Source: Terriglobia bacterium
GTDB taxonomy: Bacteria > Acidobacteriota > Terriglobia > 20CM-2-55-15
Assembly (NCBI GenBank): GCA_963664115.2
Contig: CAXWPJ010000002.1
Coordinates: 896,001-960,000 of the forward strand
Length of the DNA stretch: 64,000 bases
Direction of reading: 5' to 3'
The notes beneath the pieces were generated by a model that was given only the letters and a program-made list of their open reading frames with translations, had not been told where the DNA came from and did no database searches. Each line of letters opens with the position of its first letter. Positions within the stretch are counted from its first letter, which is position 1. This document shows positions 46,757 to 56,448 of this stretch, in pieces. Both the position numbers and the translations under genes were made by a program.

Positions 46757-47452
46757 ATGAGCGATGATGAGCGACAAAAACAGACGATGAGCAAAGCCGT
46801 GAACCTACTGTCGGTGGATACAAGTTCTGATTCCGGCAGCATCGCCGTGCTCTCGGGCGGGATGGTCCTCGGAGAAATCCGCCTGGCGAATTCCATACAA
46901 CACTCAGAGCGGCTGTTTCGCTCGATCGAGTTTCTTTTCCAGCAAATTGAATTGACCCTGAACGAAATCGATATTTTTGCGGCCGCGCGGGGCCCGGGCT
47001 CTTTTACGGGACTTCGCGTTGGTCTGGCTGCCATGGAGGGTTTTGCGTTTGCCCGGAAGAAAGCCTCCGCCGGTGTATCCACGCTGGCTGCGGCTGCCTG
47101 GCAGGTCAAGAAAGAAAACGCCTTGATATCTCCGGTTCTCAACGCACGGCGGAGCGAAATATACAGCGCTTTATATCGCCGTCAGGGTGAAGAACTGATT
47201 GAATTGCGCGCGCCGACCGTGCTAAAACCCGCCCAATGGTTGTCCACGCTGCCCGCCGAACCCGTCGTATTTTGTGGCAGCGGTGTCGGTATCATTAAAC
47301 CTGGCATCGGGGAGCACTCCGAATGGGAAGTGATACCGGTGAGTCCCTATCTGGCAACTGCCGTCGCTGAAATCAGTGTCACCGCGAGCAGGGAACCGCT
47401 GGAACCCCTCTATGTACGGCCCCCCGATGCTGTAATGAAGACGCGCAAGTGA
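46757..47452 (+). CDS. tsaB: tRNA threonylcarbamoyladenosine biosynthesis protein TsaB
   Basis: LSVDTS, HSERL, GPGSFTGLRVG, NARRSEIY, PLYVRPPDA. Confidence 0.93.
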   Translation: MSDDERQKQTMSKAVNLLSVDTSSDSGSIAVLSGGMVLGEIRLANSIQHSERLFRSIEFLFQQIELTLNEIDIFAAARGPGSFTGLRVGLAAMEGFAFARKKASAGVSTLAAAAWQVKKENALISPVLNARRSEIYSALYRRQGEELIELRAPTVLKPAQWLSTLPAEPVVFCGSGVGIIKPGIGEHSEWEVIPVSPYLATAVAEISVTASREPLEPLYVRPPDAVMKTRK

Positions 47453-47474
47453 ACCAATCGCGTTCAAACGAGCG

Positions 47475-47951
47475 ATGAAAGCCATCTCCGTCAACGTGCG
47501 CGTTGCACACAGCGAAGACATCGATCGGATCGTCGAGATCGAGCGATCCTGGGTGCATCTGTCTCACTGGTCACTCGACGCCTACCAACGCCTGATCGAA
47601 GAGGACACTTTTACACGCAGCCTGGTCGCTGAAACCGAACAGGCGGATGGAAAGATTGAAATAGCGGGCTTTGTAATATTTCATATCGCGGACCGTGTTT
47701 GCGAAATCTACAACATTGCCGTCGACAACAGCCATGCCCGCCTCGGAGTCGGAACCTCTCTAATTCAGCAAGTCATGGACTGGTCCCGCACCGAGGAGGC
47801 CCGCAAGCTGATGCTTGAGGTCCGAAAATCCAACCACGGCGCCATAAAGTTCTATAAGCGATTTGGCTTCAGTATTGCCGGTGACCGCCTCAACTATTAC
47901 TCCAACCCACTCGAAGACGCGCATATCATGGAGCGGGATTTGAGGCTGTAA
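47475..47951 (+). CDS. rimI: Ribosomal protein alanine N-acetyltransferase
   Basis: NIAV, LEVRKSN..AI.FY...GF, R.NYY..P.EDA; follows tsaB. Confidence 0.88.
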   Translation: MKAISVNVRVAHSEDIDRIVEIERSWVHLSHWSLDAYQRLIEEDTFTRSLVAETEQADGKIEIAGFVIFHIADRVCEIYNIAVDNSHARLGVGTSLIQQVMDWSRTEEARKLMLEVRKSNHGAIKFYKRFGFSIAGDRLNYYSNPLEDAHIMERDLRL

Positions 47952-48110
47952 GTCGTGATGATTGACGCGCACCGAGACTGGCTCTTTCAGACATTCGACT
48001 CGAAATAGCCGGCATCCAGTTTCAAAGATGGAAGCGATCCGCTCGATTACGTCGTTCAACACTCAGCGAGCAAGCTACTCAGTGAATCAACCGTATGGGA
48101 GTCCTAGCCT

Positions 48111-49776
48111 GTGAGTAAACGCACAATTGTCTGGTACGCGTGCTATGGCTCGAACCTTCGGGAAGAACGATTCATGTGCTATTTGAAGGGCGGGAGCCCG
48201 GACGGCGCAACCGAAGGAAATCCGGGCGCATTAAACTCCAATTCTCCTCCGGATATTCGCGTCTCAACTACGAAATGGAAACTCCATTTCGCCAAAGCGA
48301 GCCAGAAATGGGGCGATGGCGGAGTCGCATTCATCAACAAGCCGGATGTTGAGGCCGGACCCGAAACGAAGTGTCGGCTATATCAAATTACGTTGGAGCA
48401 GTTCATCGACGTTTTCATGCAGGAAAACGGCGGCAATCCGAAGGACGAGAGCGATTGCCGGGAAAAACTCATCAAACAGACCGAGATGAAACTGCGAAAG
48501 GCTGAGCCCGATAGCTGTTTCACGATCGAACCGGGCCTCATGCCGAATGGCTGGTACCGGCGCATCGTTCTGCTGGGCACAAGAAACAGTGAACCCGTGT
48601 TGAGTTTCACCTCAGCGGAACCCCTTGAGTTCAATCAGCCTTCCGACGCCTATCTGAGCGTAATCGCGATTGGACTCAATCAAGCTTTCCCTCGTATCAC
48701 TCAGAAACAGATTCAGGACTACCTCTCTGAGACCAGTCACATCGAGCCCGTTCACGTGTCCAAAGTAGCAAATCAAGCTTTCGAGGCATTCAAGAGTGAA
48801 TGTCGGAAGAACTATGCCGATCAGCGCGAGAATGCTCAGTTCAAATTTGAAGGCAAAGTAAAACAGTTTGCTGAACCGTTTCGACTCATCCCCACACAAA
48901 ACCGTGAAAACACCCAGCGCGAGTTCATCATCCACCTGCCGGAAGCCCGGTTCAAGGGACGGGAGGGAATTAGAGATCGGGAATTGATCGCGGTAGCAGC
49001 GTGGCACCTCCGACGCGAGTTTCGCGTACTGGCGACCGCATTACCGTTCCCGGACTCCGACAACCGGAAACGGGCGCTACTGGATCACGAAGTCGCACTC
49101 GACCAGAAGATTCGAACCGCTATCGGAGTGAGACCCGGCGACTGGATCGGACTCTACCGTCTAAACAAACGAAGACGCAGCAGCTTCATATATTGGTCTC
49201 TCGAACGCCTCGTCGGCACGCAGCCCCAGATCATGAGAGTTTACCTGGCGACCTTCGAAGACATGGAAGCCGATGTCGCTCGGATGCCTCAATCAACGTT
49301 TGAGTTGATCGGGGCCGAACCAGGTTCTACGATCGCCATCAGTTCGACTACCAGTAGAGCTCATGCCCGGGGTCTCGTCATTGCGGATAACGCCCTAACG
49401 GAACGCAGATCGCAATTCGAAAACGAACCCGACCGCTACCCGGACCCTGTCAAAGATCTTCGGCTCCATCGATTGAGGAGCGGTTCGGAAGGCGCGGATT
49501 TGCCACCAATTTTCATCGACAACGACCTTAGATCGCGACTCGGTGTTCGGCCTAATGACCCCGTACGGGTGGTTCGGGATGGTCACGACGTATTCTTCAG
49601 CCGCATCTATCTGATCCTCTTTCCCAATTCTCTTGGGTTTGGTGAGCGCTGCCTTGTCGTATAACCACGAAACGTGGCCAGAAACACTTTGGCGCCTGGG
49701 GCTTTTCATCGGCGTGGTCGTCTTGACCTTTTTTGTGGTGATCTGGGAAGTGGGCAGCAAGTTTCGCCGAAAATGA
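48111..49776 (+). CDS. GGCT-like domain + two double-psi-barrel-like repeats + two C-terminal TM helices; apparent +1 frameshift at about 49626
   Basis: VWYACYGSNL N-terminus; repeats LDQKIRTAIGVRPGD and IDNDLRSRLGVRPND; shifted frame continues ILLGLVSAALSY...LGLFIGVVVLTFFVVIWEVGSKFRRK*. Confidence 0.65.
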
Positions 49777-50111
49777 CCCCCTTCCGAATCCAGGTCTTCG
49801 TCGACTTCATCGTCTGATCAGTTGTGACTGGGCGATCACCCCTGAAGGCAATGGTTTCGGCGCCCCCTATTGCGGCGGGCATCTGGTTTTCCTAAGACTC
49901 TTAGCGAAGGTCCACAGTGGGACGGAAACTCCTACTCTAGAAGGAATCAGCAATCCGGCGCCGGAGGCGAGCAAAGCGGTCGAATCCTTCAAGGTAACCC
50001 CGAAGATTCATATACGGGTCACTTTCCCAATTTCTTGAATCGCCAAATAAACGTGTGTTACGGTGGCGGAGTCCATACGTTAACCTTCCACAACGCAGGA
50101 GGAGCGCCTTG

Positions 50112-50348
50112 TTGACTAAAGACGAGGAGATCAAAGACCATCTACTCTCAAATGATCCGGATTTTCGTCGCCTCGCGGAGGAACATCAGTCCTACGAAGA
50201 AAGGCTGAGTGAACTCAATGACCGTGCCCATGTAACGGGCCAGGATCAACTCGAAGAAGTCGATATCAAGAAGAAGAAACTGCGTCTGAAGGATCAAATG
50301 AACCGCATGATTCAGGGATACCGTCAGACACAAACGGCTCTCCAGTAA
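50112..50348 (+). CDS. YdcH/DUF465-family coiled-coil protein
   Basis: FRRLAEEH...E.DIKKKKLRLKDQM; ggagg RBS before TTG. Confidence 0.85.
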   Translation: MTKDEEIKDHLLSNDPDFRRLAEEHQSYEERLSELNDRAHVTGQDQLEEVDIKKKKLRLKDQMNRMIQGYRQTQTALQ

Positions 50349-50449
50349 CCCTCATACGCAGATTGGGCCATTCAGTTCGCACGAATCGAAACCGTGCGGT
50401 TTGGGTTAATCTGCGTAAATCTCTACTTATCGAATAGAATCTTCGCTTC

Positions 50450-51667
50450 ATGAAAGAGAGAAGTGAAGGGTGGATTTTTGGCTTAACCCTAGCAAGCGCG
50501 ACCACGGTTCTGCTTTCTATCCGTGTATCGCAGTCCTTACTCGCCCTGGCCTGTCTCGTGTGGATCGTTTTTCGTCCCAAACCTGTGCGCCTACCGCCCT
50601 ACAGCCTGGCGTTGATCGGATTCATGGCAGCCACACTTCTATCACTGGGCATGTCCATGGATCCCGGAGTCGGCGCTCCGGCGATCAGAAAATTCGTCCT
50701 TTTTTCAATGGGCATTCTGGCAGCCAATTTTGTCACCACACCCAGACGGGCCAAACTTTCTTATGGGCTGCTGATCATCGTAGCGGCAATAAGCGCAACG
50801 CTGGCGACTGTTCAGTTTGGACTAGGCTATCGAGAATATCTTTCAACCGGGGCTCTCGCAGACGACCCCACGGTCCTGGCGCGGGCGAGCGGATTCATGG
50901 GTCACTGGATGACTTACAGCGGAGAACAACTGCTCATATGGTGTGGAGCAGTGCCCGCCCTGGCCATCATGGGCCACCGCTGGATCTTCCCCCTGTCGAT
51001 TGTCGGCATCGGAATTGTAAGCAGTTTTACGCGGAGTGTCTGGATTGGAGCCATCGTCGGAATTTCAACTATCGCCTTAACAATTCCACGCAACACATTG
51101 ATTAAACTCACTATCCCTGTAGTATTGGTAATTCTAGCCAGTGCGCCCCTCATCTACCACCGATTGGCTATGAGCGTGGAAAAGGGATTCGGCCCCGACG
51201 TCGGCCGGCTTGCCTTGATCGAGACCGGGATACAGATGGTGCGCGACCACCCCTTATTCGGCGTCGGTCCACAGAGGATTGCCACGGAATTCGTCGGCTA
51301 TTACGATGAGGAGAATCTGGACACGTTCTACTATGGGCACATGCACAACAATCTGCTTCAAATCGCCGCAGAACGGGGCTTGATCTGTCTAATTGCGTTT
51401 GTCTGGTTTTTCGTCGAGTTATTCAAAGGTTTGTTGCGCCTGAAAGGAACCCGAGACCCGACGCTACGATTTATGGCCCTGTCGGCCCTCGCTGCGCTCA
51501 CGGGTTTTCTGGTCGCGGGGCTTTTCGAATATAACTTTGGAGATTCTGAAGTCCTGATGTTGTTTCTATTTATTGTATCGATACCTTTTGGTTTAGCAGC
51601 CCGATACGATGTCGCGGGGGCTGAGGACGCTGCGGTGGGGGAGGTCGGCCCCGGGAACTCCATTTGA
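50450..51667 (+). CDS. O-antigen ligase-family membrane protein
   Basis: Many TM segments; RASGF, SFTRSVW, HPLFGVG, HMHNNLLQIAAERG. Confidence 0.88.
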   Translation: MKERSEGWIFGLTLASATTVLLSIRVSQSLLALACLVWIVFRPKPVRLPPYSLALIGFMAATLLSLGMSMDPGVGAPAIRKFVLFSMGILAANFVTTPRRAKLSYGLLIIVAAISATLATVQFGLGYREYLSTGALADDPTVLARASGFMGHWMTYSGEQLLIWCGAVPALAIMGHRWIFPLSIVGIGIVSSFTRSVWIGAIVGISTIALTIPRNTLIKLTIPVVLVILASAPLIYHRLAMSVEKGFGPDVGRLALIETGIQMVRDHPLFGVGPQRIATEFVGYYDEENLDTFYYGHMHNNLLQIAAERGLICLIAFVWFFVELFKGLLRLKGTRDPTLRFMALSALAALTGFLVAGLFEYNFGDSEVLMLFLFIVSIPFGLAARYDVAGAEDAAVGEVGPGNSI

Positions 51668-51692
51668 GGGTGGCAGCGTCGTGGGTCCGGCC

Positions 51693-52310
51693 TCAGTTTC
51701 TGTCGTTATCGGTGTCGGATTTCACGACTTCCAATTCGAAATGGATTTCCTTGCCACGCATCAAGGCGTTGAGGTATTGCTCCCAGAACTTTCGCAAGAA
51801 GCGAAGACCCGGATAGCGCTGGTCCAGGTTGATTAGAAACTCCACGCCCAGAGCCTTCCAGACATTGAGCACTGTGACACGACAGCGACGCAGGCGGAAA
51901 CGCACGTCGGTGTAGAAAGCAAACACCGCGGACTCGTCCGTAAAATTTCGAAACGAATAACTGTTGAGGTGATTGCGGTGTGTGAGGTCGCTTGCGAAAT
52001 CAGGATTGGTCCAGTGCGGGGCCACCAAACGGACCAGGCCCCCGGGACGGGTGATGCGATGGAGTTCGCAAACCACGGCAGTGGGGTTTGCGACATGTTC
52101 GATGACATGACGCCCCACGACTTCATCAAAACGGTTATCCGGAAACGGGTACGGAATGTCGTCGAGATCGTGAATGACGTCCGCAGCCGTTCGCGGATTG
52201 ATGTCCATTCCGATGGCTCCCGGGATCTTATGTTCTCCGCAACCGATGTCAAGCACACAGAGGCCTCGGAGATCCTCTTCTGGAAATCGATTGAGTTGGG
52301 CGGATTCCAT
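51693..52310 (-). CDS. Class I SAM-dependent methyltransferase (type 11-like)
   Basis: VLDIGCG, HVIEHV, ELHRITRPGG, DLTH; start moved to ATG 52310. Confidence 0.85.
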   Translation of the reverse strand: MESAQLNRFPEEDLRGLCVLDIGCGEHKIPGAIGMDINPRTAADVIHDLDDIPYPFPDNRFDEVVGRHVIEHVANPTAVVCELHRITRPGGLVRLVAPHWTNPDFASDLTHRNHLNSYSFRNFTDESAVFAFYTDVRFRLRRCRVTVLNVWKALGVEFLINLDQRYPGLRFLRKFWEQYLNALMRGKEIHFELEVVKSDTDNDRN

Positions 52311-52343
52311 GTGCTTGTATGAACTGCGTATGGTAAACCCTCC

Positions 52344-52946
52344 ATGGTAAAGGACGCAATTTACTTCCTCGTGCCGTTGGCAGCAGCCGCTGGAATTGCC
52401 TTCTGGCTCGAATGGATGGTGGCGGCAGGGGTGCTCGTCGGGCTCGCAGCTTTCGTCGCCTTCTTTTTTCGCGATCCCCACCGTCGGATTCCCGCCGGTG
52501 CCGGTATCATTGTGTCTCCTGCCGATGGTAGAGTCGTTAGGATACAAAAAGAGGGCGAGGCCACGCGTGTCAGCATTTTTCTGTCGATTTTTGACGTGCA
52601 CGTGAACCGATCGCCCATCGAAGGGGCAATCACAGAAATTCGATATCGGAAGGGAAAATACAGAGCAGCATTTAACGACCTGGCAAGCGTCGAAAACGAA
52701 CAGAATCGTCTGATAATCCAAGGTGAGGGCATCCGAATCGAGTGTTCTCAGATAGCGGGCCTTGTGGCGCGACGGATCGTGTGTTGGAAAAAGGCTGGAG
52801 ACAGCGTAGGGCGTGGAGAAAAATTTGGACTGATCCGATTCGGTTCCCGCGCGGATCTGCTCCTGCCGGAAGGTGTGGAGCTACAAGTTCAGGTTGGCGA
52901 CCGGGTTAGCGGGGGAAGTTCACAGATCGGTGTTGTAAGGGCATAG
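52344..52946 (+). CDS. psd: Phosphatidylserine decarboxylase proenzyme (short type)
   Basis: FFFRDP, SPADG, DVHVNRSP, QIAGLVARRI, FGSRAD self-cleavage motif. Confidence 0.93.
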   Translation: MVKDAIYFLVPLAAAAGIAFWLEWMVAAGVLVGLAAFVAFFFRDPHRRIPAGAGIIVSPADGRVVRIQKEGEATRVSIFLSIFDVHVNRSPIEGAITEIRYRKGKYRAAFNDLASVENEQNRLIIQGEGIRIECSQIAGLVARRIVCWKKAGDSVGRGEKFGLIRFGSRADLLLPEGVELQVQVGDRVSGGSSQIGVVRA

Positions 52947-52963
52947 AGGAGCTACTAGCCAGG

Positions 52964-53815
52964 ATGAAAGTCACTCCAGGATCTCGCAAGCGTTTTCGTG
53001 ACCGCCCCCGTGTCCGGACCGGCCTGTCGATCATTCCCAGCCTCTTCACGATCGGCAATATGTTCTGCGGGTACTACTCGGTGGCGTCCAGCCTGCAGGG
53101 CAACTATGACTTCGCTGCGATCGCAATCGGTGTCGGCGCCGTCCTCGATATGCTCGACGGACGCATCGCGCGAATGACGAACACCAGCAGCGATTTCGGT
53201 GTGGAGTTGGATTCGCTCGCCGATCTCCTGACATTCGGAGTGGCCCCATCGGTGCTGGCACTGAATTGGGGCATCAGCTCACTCCAAGGACTCCCGGCCG
53301 ATATTGCGCAAGACGTTTACAAGTTCGGGTGGCTGGCGACCTTCGGTTTTCTGATTGCAGGCACCCTGCGTCTGGCTCGATTCAACGTACTGGCGCACAG
53401 AGTGAACGACGTTGCAAAACCGAAACGGGATTTCGTCGGGATGCCGATCCCGGCTGCAGCGGGCGTGGTAGCCGCTATTGTCCATTTCCAGAAATCTCCC
53501 GTGACTCAAATCGGCTCGGCTTTGTTGTGGTGTCTGCTCGTTGCCACACTGGCTTTCCTGATGATCAGCACCATTCGCTACCCCAGCTTCAAAGAAGTCC
53601 ATATGAAGAAACCCCTGCCCCGAAGCGCCTTAGCCGGGACGGCCATGTTGATCGGACTCGTTGTGTTCTACTCCGAGATCGTCCTGCTGATCATCACCAC
53701 GACCTACATGGCGTCGGGACCGGTATCAAGAGTCTCCCAGACGGTCGCGCGTGGACTGGCCCGTTCCCGGGAACACCCCAAACCCCAGGCGGAATCACGC
53801 GGAGATTTTTCGTGA
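52964..53815 (+). CDS. pssA: CDP-diacylglycerol--serine O-phosphatidyltransferase
   Basis: DMLDGRIAR...FGVELDSLAD, LRLARFN, FVGMPIP; follows psd. Confidence 0.92.
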   Translation: MKVTPGSRKRFRDRPRVRTGLSIIPSLFTIGNMFCGYYSVASSLQGNYDFAAIAIGVGAVLDMLDGRIARMTNTSSDFGVELDSLADLLTFGVAPSVLALNWGISSLQGLPADIAQDVYKFGWLATFGFLIAGTLRLARFNVLAHRVNDVAKPKRDFVGMPIPAAAGVVAAIVHFQKSPVTQIGSALLWCLLVATLAFLMISTIRYPSFKEVHMKKPLPRSALAGTAMLIGLVVFYSEIVLLIITTTYMASGPVSRVSQTVARGLARSREHPKPQAESRGDFS

Positions 53816-53949
53816 TGTCCCATCCCAATGCGTACGCAGTGAGCCGCGTAGCAGTCGTCATTTCAAATGAGCCCCTTGGAAAAGAGCTGCCGGGCCTGCT
53901 TTCAAAGAAGGCTGCACCTGAATGCAAGTTGACGCTGCTGGAAACGTGA
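53815..53949 (+). pseudogene. Probable N-terminal remnant of an Asd-like protein
   Basis: RVAVV.....LGKEL..LL.....P...LTLL resembles the start of the Asd Rossmann fold; coupled to the pssA stop; only 44 aa. Confidence 0.4.
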
Positions 53950-54818
53950 GTTCGGCCCTCGACTACGTGCGGCATGGAGTCGTTTTTGCGAACCGGAGGC
54001 CACACCTCGTCATCCTCGACATGATCGCCAAGTTGGCCTGGTTTGCTCTCACGGTTGCCATCTTCGGCGTTGCCGGAGCCTGGTACGCTTCCGGAGTTCA
54101 ACTCACGAATAACAATGTTCTCGCACTCCAGAGTGGAGCGCCAACGCTGGTAGCGCTGACCCTCATTCAGTCCGTCATAACAAACGGATCGGCTCTTGTG
54201 GAAACCTTTGCTGTGGCGGCCGTGTTGTGTTTCGGGAGCTGGGTCCTGCTCGAAGCTTTTGTGCGGGGAGGTCTCCTGCCACTGACCGATCGAACTTTTG
54301 TGAGAGACGCCGCCGAACACTTCCTGCGCTACCTCTGGGTGGGCCTGATACGGCGCACGACGCTGGGCCTTGGAACACTCTTAGCAGCTCTGATTGCCCT
54401 GGGACCACTCCTGACGACGCCAATGGCAGAATGGGGGCAGATCTGGCCCGACGTTCGCTGGGCCGCGCTTGCGGGGCTTGGGATTTTAGTTCTGCTGGCA
54501 TTCGGCCTGATGACAGTCGAGACCCTCATGCGCAGTGACGCAATGGAGGTCTTAGGACTGGATCTGTACCGCGTTGTCGGAATCGTTCTCGTCCTCGCGC
54601 TCGTGGAAGCTGGGGTTGTTTTGGGGGTCCTGGCGGCAAGTGCCCTGGTCATGCATTGGCTTGGATCTCCTGGCGGTCTGCTTATCGTCGGGGTCTTGCT
54701 CACCAGCGTTCTTAGCGTAAACCACAGCTATATGCTTCTGGTGCGTTATTCCGCCGTGGGCTTAATGCACCTGGATATCCGGTACGGAGCTGCCGCCGAA
54801 CATGCAAGTGACCTCTGA
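53946..54818 (+). CDS. Hypothetical multi-pass membrane protein
   Basis: About six hydrophobic segments; overlaps the guaA start; start codon uncertain. Confidence 0.65.
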   Translation: MSSALDYVRHGVVFANRRPHLVILDMIAKLAWFALTVAIFGVAGAWYASGVQLTNNNVLALQSGAPTLVALTLIQSVITNGSALVETFAVAAVLCFGSWVLLEAFVRGGLLPLTDRTFVRDAAEHFLRYLWVGLIRRTTLGLGTLLAALIALGPLLTTPMAEWGQIWPDVRWAALAGLGILVLLAFGLMTVETLMRSDAMEVLGLDLYRVVGIVLVLALVEAGVVLGVLAASALVMHWLGSPGGLLIVGVLLTSVLSVNHSYMLLVRYSAVGLMHLDIRYGAAAEHASDL

Positions 54819-56334
54819 GGAAATCCTTGTCCTCGACTTCGGCTCGCAATACACGCAGCTGATTGGCCGACGGATACGTGAGACTCATGTCTATTCGGAA
54901 ATTCTTCCTTTCCACACTCCCCTCGAACAACTCCGCAGACGTCGGCCAAAAGGAATCATTCTTTCCGGCGGACCCAGTTCGGTCTATGAAGACGATGCCC
55001 CGGGGTGCGATCCCGCGCTTTTTGAGTTGGGTATTCCCATCCTCGGCGTCTGTTACGGAATGCAGCTGATCGCCAAGGACCTTGGCGGGCAAGTCGAACC
55101 GGCCCACGAAAGAGAATACGGTCATGGCACTCTCAAAAAGATCGGAACCTCAGCCCTTCTTGACGGCATTCAGAAAGTTTGGATGAGTCACGGTGACAGG
55201 ATTCTCGAGCCTCCCCCGGGGTTTCGGGTCACCGCGCAAACCGACACCACCATGGCCGCGATGGAATGTTCTGAAAGAGAGATATTCGGAGTCCAGTTCC
55301 ATCCCGAAGTGGCTCACACGGAAAACGGCACCGAATTGCTCCGCCGCTTCGTGTTCGATATCTGCCACTGTTCCGGAACCTGGTCGCTGGGTTCATTTCT
55401 TGAAGCAGAGATCGGGCGCGTCCGGGACGAGGTCGGTGACGCTCAGGTGATCTGTGCCATAAGCGGCGGTGTGGACTCTACCGTCGCCGCATCGCTGGTT
55501 GCACGCGCCATCGGCGACAATCTGGTGGGCATCTTCGTGAACACCGGATTTCTTCGAAAGAACGAATTTGGGAAGGTCCTCGAAAACCTTCGAAACAACC
55601 TGCATCTGAACGTGCGCGGTATCGATGCGTCTGAAAGGTTTCTGAATCTGCTCTCAGGTGTGGTCGACCCAGAAAAGAAGCGGAAGCTCATCGGTAACGA
55701 ATTCATTCGAGTCTTTGAAGAAGAGGCGCGCAGCCTGGAATCAGTAGATTTCCTCGTGCAGGGCACTCTATACCCTGATGTGATTGAATCCGTGTCGGTT
55801 CGCGGTCCTTCGGCTACGATCAAATCCCATCACAATGTTGGGGGTTTGCCCGAACACATGGATTTGAAGCTGATTGAGCCTTTGCGGGAGTTATTCAAGG
55901 ACGAGGTACGGGAACTGGGAACAGAACTCGGTCTATCCGATGAGTTGGTTTGGCGGCAGCCCTCTCCCGGACCTGGATTGGCCATCCGCATCATGGGCGA
56001 AGTGACTCCGGAAAACATCCGGATCCTACAGGAGGCCGACGACATTCTCATGACCGAGATCAAAACTGCAGGTCTTTACCGGAAAATATGGCAATCCTTC
56101 GCCGTCCTGCTTCCGATCAAGAGTGTGGGTGTGATGGGGGACCTCCGGACCTACGAATACACGGTTGCGATCCGTGCCGTGTCCAGCACCGACGGCATGA
56201 CAGCCGATTGGGTGCGCCTGCCCTACGATGTGCTTGGAACGATTGCGAACCGGATCGTCAACGAAGTGCGCGGCGTCAACCGGGTAGTCTATGACATCAC
56301 CTCGAAACCCCCCGCAACGATCGAATGGGAATAA
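54802..56334 (+). CDS. guaA: GMP synthase (glutamine-hydrolysing)
   Basis: [48 protein letters not shown]. Confidence 0.98.
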   Translation: MQVTSEEILVLDFGSQYTQLIGRRIRETHVYSEILPFHTPLEQLRRRRPKGIILSGGPSSVYEDDAPGCDPALFELGIPILGVCYGMQLIAKDLGGQVEPAHEREYGHGTLKKIGTSALLDGIQKVWMSHGDRILEPPPGFRVTAQTDTTMAAMECSEREIFGVQFHPEVAHTENGTELLRRFVFDICHCSGTWSLGSFLEAEIGRVRDEVGDAQVICAISGGVDSTVAASLVARAIGDNLVGIFVNTGFLRKNEFGKVLENLRNNLHLNVRGIDASERFLNLLSGVVDPEKKRKLIGNEFIRVFEEEARSLESVDFLVQGTLYPDVIESVSVRGPSATIKSHHNVGGLPEHMDLKLIEPLRELFKDEVRELGTELGLSDELVWRQPSPGPGLAIRIMGEVTPENIRILQEADDILMTEIKTAGLYRKIWQSFAVLLPIKSVGVMGDLRTYEYTVAIRAVSSTDGMTADWVRLPYDVLGTIANRIVNEVRGVNRVVYDITSKPPATIEWE

Positions 56335-56361
56335 AGAGTCATGCCGCAGAGTTTCGGATTC

Positions 56362-56434
56362 AACGCCGAGACGTGGAGGCGCAGAGAACAATGTTTTTTT
56401 ATTTGCGAACTCTGAGTCTCAGCGTCTCTGCGTT
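56362..56434. repeat. Intergenic palindrome of cgcagag-type 8-mer units
   Basis: aacgccgagacgtggaggcgcagag ... ctctgagt-ctcagcgt-ctctgcgtt. Confidence 0.7.
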
Positions 56435-56448
56435 TAGGTTTTTAGTCG

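Noticed and set aside
49790-50050. Possible tRNA, RNase P or tmRNA fragment (ggtcgaatcc)
   Set aside because: No cloverleaf, CCA end or conserved RNase P/tmRNA helices could be built.
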